From positions 82,349-146,348 of the forward strand of contig JBLMYT010000132.1 of assembly GCA_050258455.1 (NCBI GenBank): a stretch of 64,000 nucleotides of DNA, written 5' to 3'. A model generated the notes under the pieces. It worked only from the letters and a program-made list of their open reading frames with translations. It was not told where the DNA came from and did not search any database. Made by a program: the position numbers and the translations under genes. Origin of the DNA: Candidatus Omnitrophota bacterium (GTDB taxonomy: Bacteria > Acidobacteriota > Aminicenantia > UBA2199). Positions within the stretch are counted from its first letter, which is position 1; each line of letters starts with the position of its first letter. Positions 15,001 through 21,196 of the stretch are shown piece by piece.

Positions 15001-17205
15001 ACCGGTCTCAAAAGGTTTGAGTTTCAAGGCGTTTCCCAAAACATTCGGTTGAGGCGATGTATAATTAATCATGTTTAACATCACATCAAACAACGGATGC
15101 CGGGAGGGATCTCGTGATATTTTCAAGGCTTCCAAAAGGACATCAAACGGATACGACTGATGCGCATAAGCTTCCAGGGCGATTTTTCGGACTTTCTCCA
15201 ATAATTCGGCAAACGTATTCATGCTCGTGAACCGCGTTCGTAATGCCAGGGTATTCAGATAAAATCCAATCTGGTTTTCCAGGTCCATATGTTCTCTTCC
15301 GGCGATGGGAGTGCCAACGATCATATCCGTTTGGCCACTGTAACCGTAAAACAACACATTGATCAAACCGAGAAATACCATAAACAGCGTGACATCATTT
15401 TCTTTACCCAGATTTCGCAATTTCTCGGTTAAATCTTCATCCAGATCGACCGAAACGGTATTCCCCCGATAACTTTTTATGGCCGGGCGCACAAAATCTG
15501 CCGGTAACTCCAAAACCGGTAATTCCCCTCGGAATTGTTCCAACCAGTAACGTTCATCTTCGTGCGCCTTTCCTTGCAAAAATTGCCGATTTTGCCATGC
15601 GGCAAAATCTTTATATTGAATCCGCAACCGTGCCAACGGATTTTGTTTGCCCTGTCGGTATGCATCATAGAGTGCCCTCACCTCGGAGATGAAAATATCC
15701 ATAGATACCGCATCACTGATAATGTGGTGCATATTGAATAGGCACACATATTTTTCCATATCCAATCGGATGAGTCTGACTCTTAATAATGGCCCCCGGG
15801 CCAGGTCGAATAGAAATTCCGATTCTTTACAAGCCTCTTCTTTGATTCTACCTTCCTTGTCATTCAGTTGCCGAAAATCCGATTCCTCGACATTAAAGTC
15901 GCTTTGTCCGGGAAGTTTGACACGTTGTTTCGGTTCTCCATCGATTGGAATAAATACGGTACGTAAACTTTCATGCCGGTTTACCAGGGTATAAAAGGTT
16001 TGTATCAATGCGTTGGTATCCAATGCCCCATCGATTATCGACGCACTGGGCATATTAAACGCGATACAACTGTCTTCAATCTGGCTCCCTGTCCAAACGC
16101 GCGTTTGCGAATGCGTGAGATCGTAATATTCTTTTTCCTCCACGGGCTGAATCCGTTCATATACCGCGTCGTCCGATTCCCTGATTTTTTTTACCCGGCC
16201 AGGGGACGCGTTGGCGCCTGATGAGTGGCCTCTCAATTGGAAATTACCGGAGTACTCGACTTTAGCTGGGTCCTTTAAAATATCCATCCATGTTTTGACC
16301 AACTTTTCCCGGATATCATTTGGGGAGTTGCAATTATCGATTTCTCTTTTTATTGGCTCATGGATGGCTTTATTAAATAACTGCTTCTTTTCTTCTTCGG
16401 GGATAACTTCAATTTCCGATACCTTTATTTCTAAATTCGATAACACCATTTCCGAAAGATGATGAAAATGATCCCCAATTCGTTTGATCGCTTCACGGTT
16501 ATAAAAACGCGCATCATAGTGGATTTTACCATTAATTAATCCGTTAACGCGTGAAAACAAAAACACCACTTTCGGACTGACACGTGAAATATCCCCTCTA
16601 TTCTGGATATTTTCCAGGATAATCGCCACATCGAAGAGCGGGCACTCTTTTTCAGAAAACCTCGCCCCCAACTGCCGAACCAATACCTCAAACGGATAAT
16701 TGCGATTTTCCTCGGAATCAATGACGGTCTGCCTGACCTGAAGCAGTAATTCTTTAAAGGTCATATGATCCGTCAACCGGTTCCGCAATGCCAATATCGT
16801 ATTGATAAACTCACCCCGATTGCCTTCATTATTCTTAACCTTTCCCCCGTTATTCTTTTCTCCGTGTCCCCCGTGTGCTCCGTGAGAAACCCCCGTTCCA
16901 ATGATGATATCCTCATGATCCGTGTATTTTGAAAGTAAAAGAGTCAGTATGGCACTCAAGACAATATGAAGACGGATATCCGAATCCGCACTCAGTTTCA
17001 TTAAACGCGACGAAAGTTCTTCATCAAAAAAAATATCGATCGAATTTCCCCCCAAAACCTCGACGTTTTCCTGTATGGGCGTATAAGGAAAATGACTTTT
17101 TATCAAATCGCCGGATAATTTTTCAAGCCAATATTCCTTTTCTCTCACCTTCTTTCCCGCTGCCATCCATAATCTGTCAAAACCGGATAAATCTCTGACA
17201 CTCAT
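1..17205 (-). CDS. Multimodular non-ribosomal peptide synthetase; four A domains, an epimerization domain and a terminal thioesterase are visible; the 3' end is partial and continues past the window start
   Basis: The minus-strand frame (codon first positions divisible by 3) is open from the ATG at 17205 (MSVRDLSGFD..., GGAG 7 nt upstream) to position 1. The ORF track shows no competing long ORF here because the stop lies outside the window. Reverse-complement translation gives the A3 motif LAYIIYTSGTTGRPKG at about 12850 and similar YTSGSTG motifs near 9640, 6470 and 1860. Carrier-protein motifs DLGGHSL (about 11700) and ELGGNSLDL (about 660) are present. A condensation motif MHHIISDG lies at about 7900. 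The epimerization motifs IHHLVIDGISW (about 4760) and EGHGRE (about 4290) are followed by a DCL-type condensation start YPLSPMQEGMLFH. A thioesterase serine motif TWSWGGHIG lies at about 260-290. Confidence 0.92.
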   Translation of the reverse strand, partial: MSVRDLSGFDRLWMAAGKKVREKEYWLEKLSGDLIKSHFPYTPIQENVEVLGGNSIDIFFDEELSSRLMKLSADSDIRLHIVLSAILTLLLSKYTDHEDIIIGTGVSHGAHGGHGEKNNGGKVKNNEGNRGEFINTILALRNRLTDHMTFKELLLQVRQTVIDSEENRNYPFEVLVRQLGARFSEKECPLFDVAIILENIQNRGDISRVSPKVVFLFSRVNGLINGKIHYDARFYNREAIKRIGDHFHHLSEMVLSNLEIKVSEIEVIPEEEKKQLFNKAIHEPIKREIDNCNSPNDIREKLVKTWMDILKDPAKVEYSGNFQLRGHSSGANASPGRVKKIRESDDAVYERIQPVEEKEYYDLTHSQTRVWTGSQIEDSCIAFNMPSASIIDGALDTNALIQTFYTLVNRHESLRTVFIPIDGEPKQRVKLPGQSDFNVEESDFRQLNDKEGRIKEEACKESEFLFDLARGPLLRVRLIRLDMEKYVCLFNMHHIISDAVSMDIFISEVRALYDAYRQGKQNPLARLRIQYKDFAAWQNRQFLQGKAHEDERYWLEQFRGELPVLELPADFVRPAIKSYRGNTVSVDLDEDLTEKLRNLGKENDVTLFMVFLGLINVLFYGYSGQTDMIVGTPIAGREHMDLENQIGFYLNTLALRTRFTSMNTFAELLEKVRKIALEAYAHQSYPFDVLLEALKISRDPSRHPLFDVMLNMINYTSPQPNVLGNALKLKPFETGYRHAKFDLVIYIYERETTLTVSVEYNLDLFENKTIRRMLNRFLELLNRVITHSSTSISRLLLDDDICHWYPPRILPPAKTSEGKASYHQERLWFINEFETGYLYESSPVYHNIPLIVSINGSVDEPLLEKSICHIIKRHTILHTRIETRENKPILVEDNALQFKLFTDTVCHLSDTDALSLAIAESQKPFRLSHDLPIRGKLIRWETQKFLLVITFHHIVADKQSLELFLNELVLSYDAFEESQSPQLPELAIQFPAFCSWQQSFSEELLDRLLFYWKRKLNGKLQPFELPTDRPRALIHIYHEAHHPVVFPQSLTNKILSFNKEKGGDFVLLLLLSAFKILLHRYCDQSEIIVGTSTGNRPSPDMEPMIGPAANLLVLRSVIEGSHTFSDVFEKLNETVSEALIYGGMPFDRLVLELNPENDMSRTALFDVLFQYEEAPFWKSTLGEAVLEVEETNLGWGKYDLNFLIQKRIHHGVEIFCGQLVYNRDYYDQSRISRLLTHYQQILERVIVNPHLPISRIDLLSEVEKEQLLWEWNGERAGFPKDQTIHNFFEKNAAQTPDRIAVIGPSRVETSSVFTHQITYHELNEESDRLAALLIEKGVGPDTLVAIKAERSVEMIIGILGILKSGGAYLPIDPDYPRDRIDYMLMDSRACLLVNYSVGADPSFCKAGAHMGAPLQGEIRVGADPRVCPSAGHRPPATSLAYIIYTSGTTGRPKGVMVEHRNVVSLLFNEKFQFDFNGSDIWTMFHSHCFDFSVWELFGSLLNGGRVVVVPKMVARDTAHFLSLVRQYGVTILNQTPSAFYRFIEVDLQQERHGLAIRTVIFGGEALHPGKLKQWHEQYPSTRLINMFGITETTVHVTYKEIGRGEIEQNVSNIGQPIPTLTTYIMDRNLQLQPIGIGGELMVGGAGVTRGYLNRPELTVEKFVENPYKKEERLYRSGDLARFLEKGELVYLGRIDHQVQLRGFRIELGEIENQILKYRGIKEVVVVDRTDESDDIYLCAYIVSDKDIDPTEIKRLLTGVLPDYMIPSFVVRIDRIPLTSNGKIDRSALPKPQARTDKTYSGPRTKIEMTLVSLWSEVLNLESNLIGIDSDFFDLGGHSLKATILAARIHKELHVKIPLAELFKTPTIRRLAEYIKEQTQVGHDSILPVEEKEYYPVSSAQKRLYLLHQMDEQSEGYNVPYIFLLEGEVQKEKFEEIFWALIRRHESFRTSFHVIDDEPVQRIHDEVEFKINFLTEHTEDTAGGRKKIRSEEGQRVREIEKFIRSFDLTTAPLIRVGVLKIGENKHLLLIDMDHIISDGTSMNLMVQDFMALYNNEDLPSLRVQYKDFSEWQKREFEKESLNQKKDFWLNEFSGEIPVLELPLDFARPVVQSFEGSSINFEIDQELTGHLNQLAIETGATLYMVLLAAYTVFLSKVTNQEDIIVGSPIAGRNHSDLEQIVGMFINTLALRNYPEGEKSFTEFITEVKENALRAFENQEYQYEELVEHVVIHRDTARNPLFDVMFVLQNFQLQEMELPGLKLSSYAYETKISKFDLTLSGMEVDEKLVFAFEYSTRLFKKETIERLIVYLKNILNGVVENVENVENKDRKISDFEILTDEEKEKLLFGFNDTEIEYPNDKTIHQLFEEQAARTPGHVALIGPSLVGADPRVCPQLSYNDLNERSDQLALELIKKGVGPDVIVGVKIDRSLELMIGVLGILKAGGAYLPIDPGLPQERINYMLKDSGAALLLTSNNAEVEKLRSSEDKRVIALDHLNLPSSHPLNFSSPSVSSVTSVAKHSNLAYIIYTSGSTGNPKGVMVNHASVVNLLYAMQDKYPFHESDTYLLKTSYVFDVSVTELFGWFMGGGRLAVLEKGFEKDPDVILNTIERRLVTHINFVPSMFNAFIGYLNTRNRYRLSSLKYIFLAGEALLPELVKKFNDLNTSVKLENIYGPTESTVYASWYSLSRENKSNTVPIGKPLPNIKLSILNKYGHLQSIGIAGELWISGQGLARGYLNRPELTLEKFSKNFYKTGDLCRWSDDGNIEFLGRFDQQVKIRGFRIELEEIENRLLSHEKIKEAVVVIKEDRGDKYLRAYVVSDIALSTSELRNHLSHTLPDYMVPSYFMRLDALPLTVTGKINRRSLPSFEIKINQGYIAPENEVEEKLTELWSEVLGRKKEVIGTADNFFELGGHSLKAVVLISKIQKQFHVNMPLGEVFNNSTIRGLAYYIKDSVKNKYFSIEPIERKEFYELSSAQKRLYVLHRMDDHGINYNIPAYFILEGDVDKNKLEQTFIRLIERHESLRTSFHVIDDEPVQRIHDEVEFKINFLTEHTEDTEGGRKKVRSEEGQGVRELEEFIRSFDLTKAPLMRVGLFNISENKHLLMLDMHHIISDGSSMNVMIKDFMTLYHQGEYPGEGLPKLRVQYKDFSEWQSSDQQKEFLKRQGVFWSHEFEEDIPVLELPIDYTRPAVRSVEGRTISFEIDQEVTEDLKRLSLETGATMYMVFLTIYNIFLSGLSQQDDIVVGSPVAGRRHTDLEKILGMFVNTLAMRHYPRGEKTFNGFLQEVKEKTLNAFENQDYPFEDLVDRVVKNRDMSRNPLFDTMFVFQNIEISEIQIPGLILKPYEYENFISKFDLTFIIFESKEKLRINVEYSTSLFREETILRFIDYFRTIVDSIIENRDQRLSDIEILSEEEKEKLLVLFNDTAESYPTDKTLYHLFEDWVDRIPDHAAIVFNNEMITYRHFDEEANRLAHDLQRENGVQSGDRIAVIMDRSIGLMISLMGIMKARAAYVPLDASLPGERLRVVLDDASVSVVISNQRYGEKLTHVQQKSKYISTIIYTDALNLHVQRSSRPQMGTVNDAAYVMYTSGSSGTPKGVLVKHRTIVNTVIWRKNNYQYAPGHVSLQVPPYFFDSSVTDIFTPLSGGACLVLIKDNERTDLQVLKRVIINHRVSHFIVVPVFYNVMLEEIGDCLTGIKMITCAGENFPDELIRKHFEKLPQVRIFNEYGPTENSVNTTAYELRPESSKAFIGKPISNVRVYILDKYLHPVPIGVMGEMCLAGSSLAVGYLNNPELTNQKFLPRFFQKAGRRRQRIYRTGDMGRWLADGNLEFLGRVDTQVKIRGMRIEIGEIENCLMKHVDIKEVVVQIRHDDSGSNVLCAYLVPHPSSPMHHSFDPAGLKEYLSGLLPHYMIPSYFTVMEKIPINPNGKIDMNALPEPWMEIENQYAAPRNEIERELVRIWEGVLGKKNIGINDNFFYIGGDSIKSIQIISRMNHAGYKLEMKDLFQYPLISELSSHVKKIKRIPDQSAITGIVPLTPIQKMFFNSSPTEPHHYNQAVMFYSQERFDKEILKLVFKEIQTHHDALRMTYSINKELNTVVQISHGLDHPLSFEEYELRHADEIQIKANRIQAGIDLERGPLMKVALFHLEDGDRLLIVIHHLVIDGISWRILFEDIETLYSQYKRGETPTLTLKTDSFKFWSEKLSEYANSKNFLKEIPYWSNLESHSNGIHIPTDFDGDENNGADIRNVSFGLNERETGLLIGEINRIYNTEVNDILLTALGMGIKKTFENPESEVMIDHLLIASEGHGREEIMEDIDISRTLGWFTIEYPVWFDMTYAHDIGRQIKEVKETLRKIPNKGIGYGILKYLTDEENKKEIEFKLKPQLIFNYLGQFDADIKQISQFEIAKESAGNSQSIANRREYGLEINGMITNNCLNMTLSYNQTHFKKETIEALIDNFSSQLKRIILFCSEKENPEFTPADFTYKGLSIDTVEQLMKSYGDIEDIYTLSPMQEGMLFHALVEESSSYFEQTSYRLKGELNIEQVKHSLNELARRHDVLRTTFVYKDMDRPIQVVLKNRAIDFYFEDIINIGSEEQKEKFIKDFKANDKKRSFDLGKEPLARASILRLDHSTYEFIWSFHHILMDGWCIGILNSEFFEIYNAYVQHRVYQLPITKPYRSYIQWLEKQDKKESAAYWEHVLDGFEEQTGIPQSKIVRDNSQEYRNDRFSFELDKEKTAELAKLAARYHVTVNIVTRVLWGVLLGKYNGKDDVVFGAVVSGRPAGFEGIESMVGLFINTIPVRIRFEGKTKFHSLLQHIQEQAIVGEAYHYHPLAEVQSKSSLKQNLIDHIFIFENYPIAEQIEGYGKKNKIAFAITNVESFEQTTYNLNILLAGSDKLTVTFQYNGNVYDQDYIKRIACHFRVAIDQVIEDKELRIDELTFLSEEEKIRILDEFNNTNRDYSKDKTIHQLFEEQAGRTPGHIAVIGSTVRAFGAKPLQITYQELNERSDQLAHELMQKGVQSSMIVGIKIQRSVEMIMGILGILKTGSAYLPIDYEYPQDRIDYILKDSQARLLVTANNQEVQKLGSSDVKNVFSLDPLNHSTSQPLHFFSSPATFLAYVIYTSGSTGKPKGVMIAHRNVVNFITGITEFVPFTMNDRILSLTTISFDIFGLETLVPLTKGSVVVVGSREDQLNTETSGVIFERENISIFQVTPSRLQSMVLFPEVMTFLRSLKFLLVGGEAFPESLLEKIRPFINGQIFNMYGPTETTIWSTIKNLTCSDRITIGTPIANNQVYIIDRMRRLQPIGVVGEICIGGEGMARGYLNRPGLTDERFLFWRSRRIYMTGDLGRWLDDGTIEFLGRIDNQVKIRGFRIELGEIESRLNAHSGIKDAVVIDRGENERKYLCAYIVAEQSSGVPIPSYQEFKIYLEESLPTYMVPACFIQIDKIPLNANGKMDRRALPQPLESDFHSDGVYEGPKTRMQRIVAGIWKDVLNREKVGIQDNFFELGGNSLDLVKVSNKLREKLNREIPVATLFNHPTIHSLVLCLTAHQLPGSSKQVPGNFVMLNGSLESEGNIFLVHEVLGDVGAYMEFSQQLGTRFNCWGIEAEKLRNYAPRNETIEQISAKYISQIKEIQAHGPYYIATWSWGGHIGLEMALQLERMNEEIALLAFFDCLGPDFLSGKMYPPFSLQTEKDFLNDFFVSTGNRGYLDEISDLEQLWLKAVEIITSNPVLVEQLR

Positions 17206-17389
17206 TTTAAAAAAATCTCCTTATTGCTTATGAGCCCTTACAAATGATCGTTGGATTTTTACAAAATTCTGACTTTTTAAGGTAGCATAATAACATATTT
17301 AAATTATTTGTTCAATGACAACGATAACCAATCATCGGAATTTAAAAAATTATATTCCTTTACGTGATTTTTTTTAATAATCCCGGAAA

Positions 17390-17800
17390 CTTTTCATTCA
17401 TTTCCCAAAAATTATCTAACATTTCCGAAAACTTATCACATGTTTCGACAAACTGCTAATAAATCGCAGAAATTTTTCATCCATTTCCGAAATCTTACAA
17501 TTAACTTCTGCAAATTTTTAACACGTTTCGACAAACTAATAACGTTTTGCGGAAATTTTCAATGCATTACCGTAAATTTTTAACGCACTACCGCAAACGT
17601 TTAATGCATCTCCGCAAAATTTCAATCAAATCCCGAAAATTTTCAATGTTTTTCAAAATCCAGTAACGCATTTCGACAATTTTTTAACCTTTTCCGAAAA
17701 ACCTGCAACGCCATCCGGCAAACGGTTAACAGCTACCGAAATTTTTTAATCCCGTTCCACGAACTTTCTGTCACTTCCTGAAAATAATCCAAAAAGGCTT
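17390..17800. promoter_or_regulatory. AT-rich divergent promoter region carrying about 19 degenerate repeats of the form CCG-N-AAA-W-TTTT-YAAYGC with a roughly 21 bp period
   Basis: Direct reading of the sequence, e.g. ttccgaaaacttatcacatg / tttcgacaaactgctaataaa / ttccgaaatcttacaattaac / ccgcaaaatttcaatcaaatc. The array lies between the NRPS start (17205, minus) and the phosphoesterase start (17852, plus). Confidence 0.6.
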
Positions 17801-17851
17801 GAATATTTTCTCAAAAGACTTTATACTTATCGGTTAATGAATAGGATTTGA

Positions 17852-18595
17852 ATGAAATATTTGATTTTTAGCGACATTCACAGCAATATGGAAGCCTTTG
17901 AAGAGATGCTCCATTCTCCGCTCTTCAAAGAAGCAGATAAATATTTGTTCCTGGGGGACCTTGTCGGATACGGCGCCAGTCCCGATGAAACCATTACCCG
18001 ATTCAGAGAACTGAAAAATACCTCCTGCATTCGCGGAAACCACGACAAAGTGATTGCCAACCTGGAATCGTCTTCCCTCTTTAACCCGGTAGCCGCTTTC
18101 TCCGCGGAATGGAGCAAACTCCAAATCTCTCCGGATAATCTCCGCTTTCTCCGAGAACTCAAAACCGGACCGGATACGGTCGACCATTTCATCACCATTT
18201 GCCACGGGTCGAACTTCGACGAAGATTATTACGTATTCTCCATGTTTGAAGCTGTCGAATCCTTCAAATTTATGAATTCATCGATATCCATCGGATTTTT
18301 CGGCCACACCCATTTCCCCGTGATCTATCTCATGCGAAACGAAAAAATCGATATCGTTCAACTGACTACCGAAACCCGTATCAAACTCGACCCCAATACC
18401 CGTTACCTGATTAACCCGGGCTCCATCGGCCAACCCCGGGACAAAAACCCCAACCCCAGTTTCATTCTATTCGATTCGATCAAAAAAGAAATCCACTTTA
18501 CCCGCTTTTCATATAATATTAGTGAAACCCAACGAAAAATAAGAGCTGCCGGACTCCCGGAAATTCTTGCCACTCGGCTGGAGTCAGGTATATGA
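17852..18595 (+). CDS. Metallophosphoesterase (calcineurin-like phosphoesterase, YfcE-like)
   Basis: MKYLIFSDIHSN ... LFLGDLVGYG ... IRGNHD ... GHTH motifs. Confidence 0.85.
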   Translation: MKYLIFSDIHSNMEAFEEMLHSPLFKEADKYLFLGDLVGYGASPDETITRFRELKNTSCIRGNHDKVIANLESSSLFNPVAAFSAEWSKLQISPDNLRFLRELKTGPDTVDHFITICHGSNFDEDYYVFSMFEAVESFKFMNSSISIGFFGHTHFPVIYLMRNEKIDIVQLTTETRIKLDPNTRYLINPGSIGQPRDKNPNPSFILFDSIKKEIHFTRFSYNISETQRKIRAAGLPEILATRLESGI

Positions 18596-18627
18596 TAATT
18601 AATAATTAATAATCAAGGAGGCTGATT

Positions 18628-19662
18628 ATGGGATTTGAGAAACTTCAAAAATTAATAGACGAGATTCTCGATGAACGCAGAGACCGAGTTTATGAGAAAA
18701 TCGACCGCATTACCAATAATATTATTCTTCAACTCGAAGAATTAAAAGCCCTGGATGATTTTCATGAGTATACGATACCGGAAAATTTCCGGATGGAGGA
18801 CAAACCGAAAACCGAACCCTCTGTCGATATATTACATCCATATATTAAACAAATATCATCATCCGCCAACCAACTGGATTTAATCAACAACTTTCTGGAA
18901 GGAATCAACCGCTTTTGCACCCGGGCGGCGTTGTTTCTCCTCCGCGACGATAAACTGGTCGGTTGGAAAGGTTCGGGATTTTCAGCCCGCGAGGGAAACA
19001 TCGGCGACGACGAGATCAAAAAACTCTTCTTTTCCCTATCCGCAAACACGATCTTTCGGTATGTACTGGATAAACGCATCCCCTATTCGGGAGCCCCTCT
19101 TTCCCAACCGGATGACCACATTCTTTACAGTCGATTCGGTGGCGAAGAACCCGAAAAAATATTTGCGCTTCCTTTCTTTGTCAAGGGAAAGCCCCAGGCC
19201 GTCGTGTATACCGACACCTTCGATGAAAAACCGATCGGCGAAAAGGAAATCGAAATCCTTGCGACTGTCGCGGAAATGAGCCTTGATCTCCTCCCGCTCC
19301 GTCAAAAAATCCTTGCCAAAATAAAGACTCAGGAATACCCCGAAGAATCGGATTCGGCCCAATTTCACGCCTACAGTCCCGAACCCGAAGAACGCACCCC
19401 CGCTCCTGTTAAGGAAAACGATCCCGAACGCCTGGCGCGAGTCATCATTAACGATATTTACCTTTATAATAAAGCCAAAATCGATGATATTGTCAGAACA
19501 GGCCAAAACCTGTTCCAATTTCTTCAAACTACGATTCTTCAATCGCGCGAGCTCTACCTCAACAAATACCGGGATATTGCTCCCTTCGAACGCCAATTGA
19601 TTGAGACCCTGGCCCGCGGAAAAAAAGAATTACTCAAAGGTTACGCGTTTGAAACTCAATAA
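18628..19662 (+). CDS. Hypothetical protein with a GAF-like central domain and helical N- and C-terminal regions
   Basis: A 344-aa ORF with a GGAGG ribosome-binding site. The fold assignment is tentative, based on a pattern resembling GAF domains. Confidence 0.5.
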   Translation: MGFEKLQKLIDEILDERRDRVYEKIDRITNNIILQLEELKALDDFHEYTIPENFRMEDKPKTEPSVDILHPYIKQISSSANQLDLINNFLEGINRFCTRAALFLLRDDKLVGWKGSGFSAREGNIGDDEIKKLFFSLSANTIFRYVLDKRIPYSGAPLSQPDDHILYSRFGGEEPEKIFALPFFVKGKPQAVVYTDTFDEKPIGEKEIEILATVAEMSLDLLPLRQKILAKIKTQEYPEESDSAQFHAYSPEPEERTPAPVKENDPERLARVIINDIYLYNKAKIDDIVRTGQNLFQFLQTTILQSRELYLNKYRDIAPFERQLIETLARGKKELLKGYAFETQ

Positions 19663-19691
19663 CTACATGAACGAAAAATAATCGAATCAAC

Positions 19692-20777
19692 ATGGAACCT
19701 AACAAAATCACAGTCGGAATTATCTTTGGCGGTCAATCGGCGGAACACGACGTCTCCTTAAAGTCCGCTCATGCGTTATACACCCACCTCGATAAGGATC
19801 AATACACCCCCTTGTTTATCTATATATCCCGCGACACCGGGCGATGGCAGATTATCGACGAGCAGACCTTTATTTCTCGCGACATGCACGCCTTACCCTC
19901 TTCCGGTTACTCGTTCCTCCCCTGGGGCGATTCGGTGGGGGAACACATGAACGCGGATATTTATTTTCCAATGCTCCACGGCCCCAACGGGGAAGATGGA
20001 AAAATCCAATCTCTCCTGGAACTGGCCGGCAAACCGTACGTTGGCGCCAACAGTCTGGCTTCGGCGCTGGCCATGGATAAAGCGGTAGCCAAAATGTTGT
20101 TTCAACGCGCCGGGCTTCAGGTGACCGACTATGTACTGGCCCAAAGGTACGATTATGACGAAATTAAAAAAAGGATTGACGCTCGATCGCTGACTTATCC
20201 CCTATTTATCAAACCCAATGCCATGGGATCCTCAGTGGGTATCTCCAAAGTGACCGAAGAAAGCCAATTAAAGGAAGCGCTTGAACTGGCCTTTCAATAC
20301 GACCGGAAAGTACTGATCGAACAGGGACTGGATATTCGGGAAATCGAAGTATCGGTCATGGGAAACGACGCACTCATGGTGTCTCGCCCCGGAGAATTGA
20401 TCCCGCACAACGACTTTTATGATTACAACGATAAATACATCGATGGTAAAACCGCGTTTTATATGCCCGCCCACCTCGAACCGGAGTTCGAACAACAGAT
20501 TCGAATCACCGCCGAAGACGCATACCGGGCTCTCTTTCTCAACGGAATGTCCCGGGTCGATCTGTTCATCGAAAAACAAACACGGACCATATACGTGAAC
20601 GAAATCAACACGATTCCCGGTTTTACCGAAATCAGTATGTTTCCCAAGCTGTGGACACTGCAAGATATTTCATTTACCGAACTCATCACCCGATTGATCG
20701 GATACGGGTTTGAATACTGGAATCAACAGCCGATTTCCACGGCCCTGCATGACGGAATAACCCTTCCCTCCCAATGA
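19692..20777 (+). CDS. ddl: D-alanine--D-alanine ligase
   Basis: HGPNGEDGKIQSLLELAGKPYVGANSLASALAMDKAVAKML and a C-terminal ATP-grasp domain. Confidence 0.9.
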   Translation: MEPNKITVGIIFGGQSAEHDVSLKSAHALYTHLDKDQYTPLFIYISRDTGRWQIIDEQTFISRDMHALPSSGYSFLPWGDSVGEHMNADIYFPMLHGPNGEDGKIQSLLELAGKPYVGANSLASALAMDKAVAKMLFQRAGLQVTDYVLAQRYDYDEIKKRIDARSLTYPLFIKPNAMGSSVGISKVTEESQLKEALELAFQYDRKVLIEQGLDIREIEVSVMGNDALMVSRPGELIPHNDFYDYNDKYIDGKTAFYMPAHLEPEFEQQIRITAEDAYRALFLNGMSRVDLFIEKQTRTIYVNEINTIPGFTEISMFPKLWTLQDISFTELITRLIGYGFEYWNQQPISTALHDGITLPSQ

Positions 20778-21196
20778 AAATACTTGCCGTCGATTTCGGA
20801 ATGAGACGCATCGGGTTTGCCATCGGCAATCCCTTGATTCACACCATTACCCCGATCGACCCCCTTATCCGAAAAAATTCCAAACAAGCGGTCGACCACA
20901 TTCGACAACTGGTGGATACATATGAAATTACGCATGTCATTGTCGGGTACCCGTTGAATATGGATGGAACCCGAAGTTCATTTACCGAACAGGTAGAACA
21001 TTTTACCCAACGGTTAAAAAAAAGATTGGGACCGGATATCCCCATTGATTTTATCGATGAACGGCTCAGCAGCTTTGAAGCCGAAGAAGAGTTAAAAACG
21101 CACCCGATGGGTAATATCGATCATCGAAAGAAAAAGAAAATGCTCGATTCGATGTCCGCCCAGGTATTATTAAAACGCTTTATGGAGATAACATGA
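20774..21196 (+). CDS. ruvX: Putative pre-16S rRNA nuclease / Holliday-junction resolvase-like YqgF
   Basis: ILAVDFGMRRIGFAIGNP start; 140 aa; the start overlaps the ddl stop. Confidence 0.85.
   Translation: MKILAVDFGMRRIGFAIGNPLIHTITPIDPLIRKNSKQAVDHIRQLVDTYEITHVIVGYPLNMDGTRSSFTEQVEHFTQRLKKRLGPDIPIDFIDERLSSFEAEEELKTHPMGNIDHRKKKKMLDSMSAQVLLKRFMEIT

Noticed and set aside
105-17198. Numerous 60-125-aa ORFs on both strands in the six-frame track (e.g. 105-416 +, 14058-14408 +, 16929-17198 +, 13367-13678 -)
   Set aside because: All lie inside the single continuous minus-strand NRPS frame (first codon positions divisible by 3) and are out-of-frame or antisense by-products. The NRPS itself is missing from the track only because its stop lies outside the window.
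1-17205. NRPS being a pseudogene because of repeat insertions
   Set aside because: The frame is continuous over at least 5735 codons, and every insert is a multiple of 3 with no stop. No evidence of disruption is visible.
17834-18205. Antisense ORFs opposite the phosphoesterase (17834-18205 -, 17878-18198 -)
   Set aside because: The plus-strand gene has clear metallophosphoesterase motifs; the antisense ORFs have no features.
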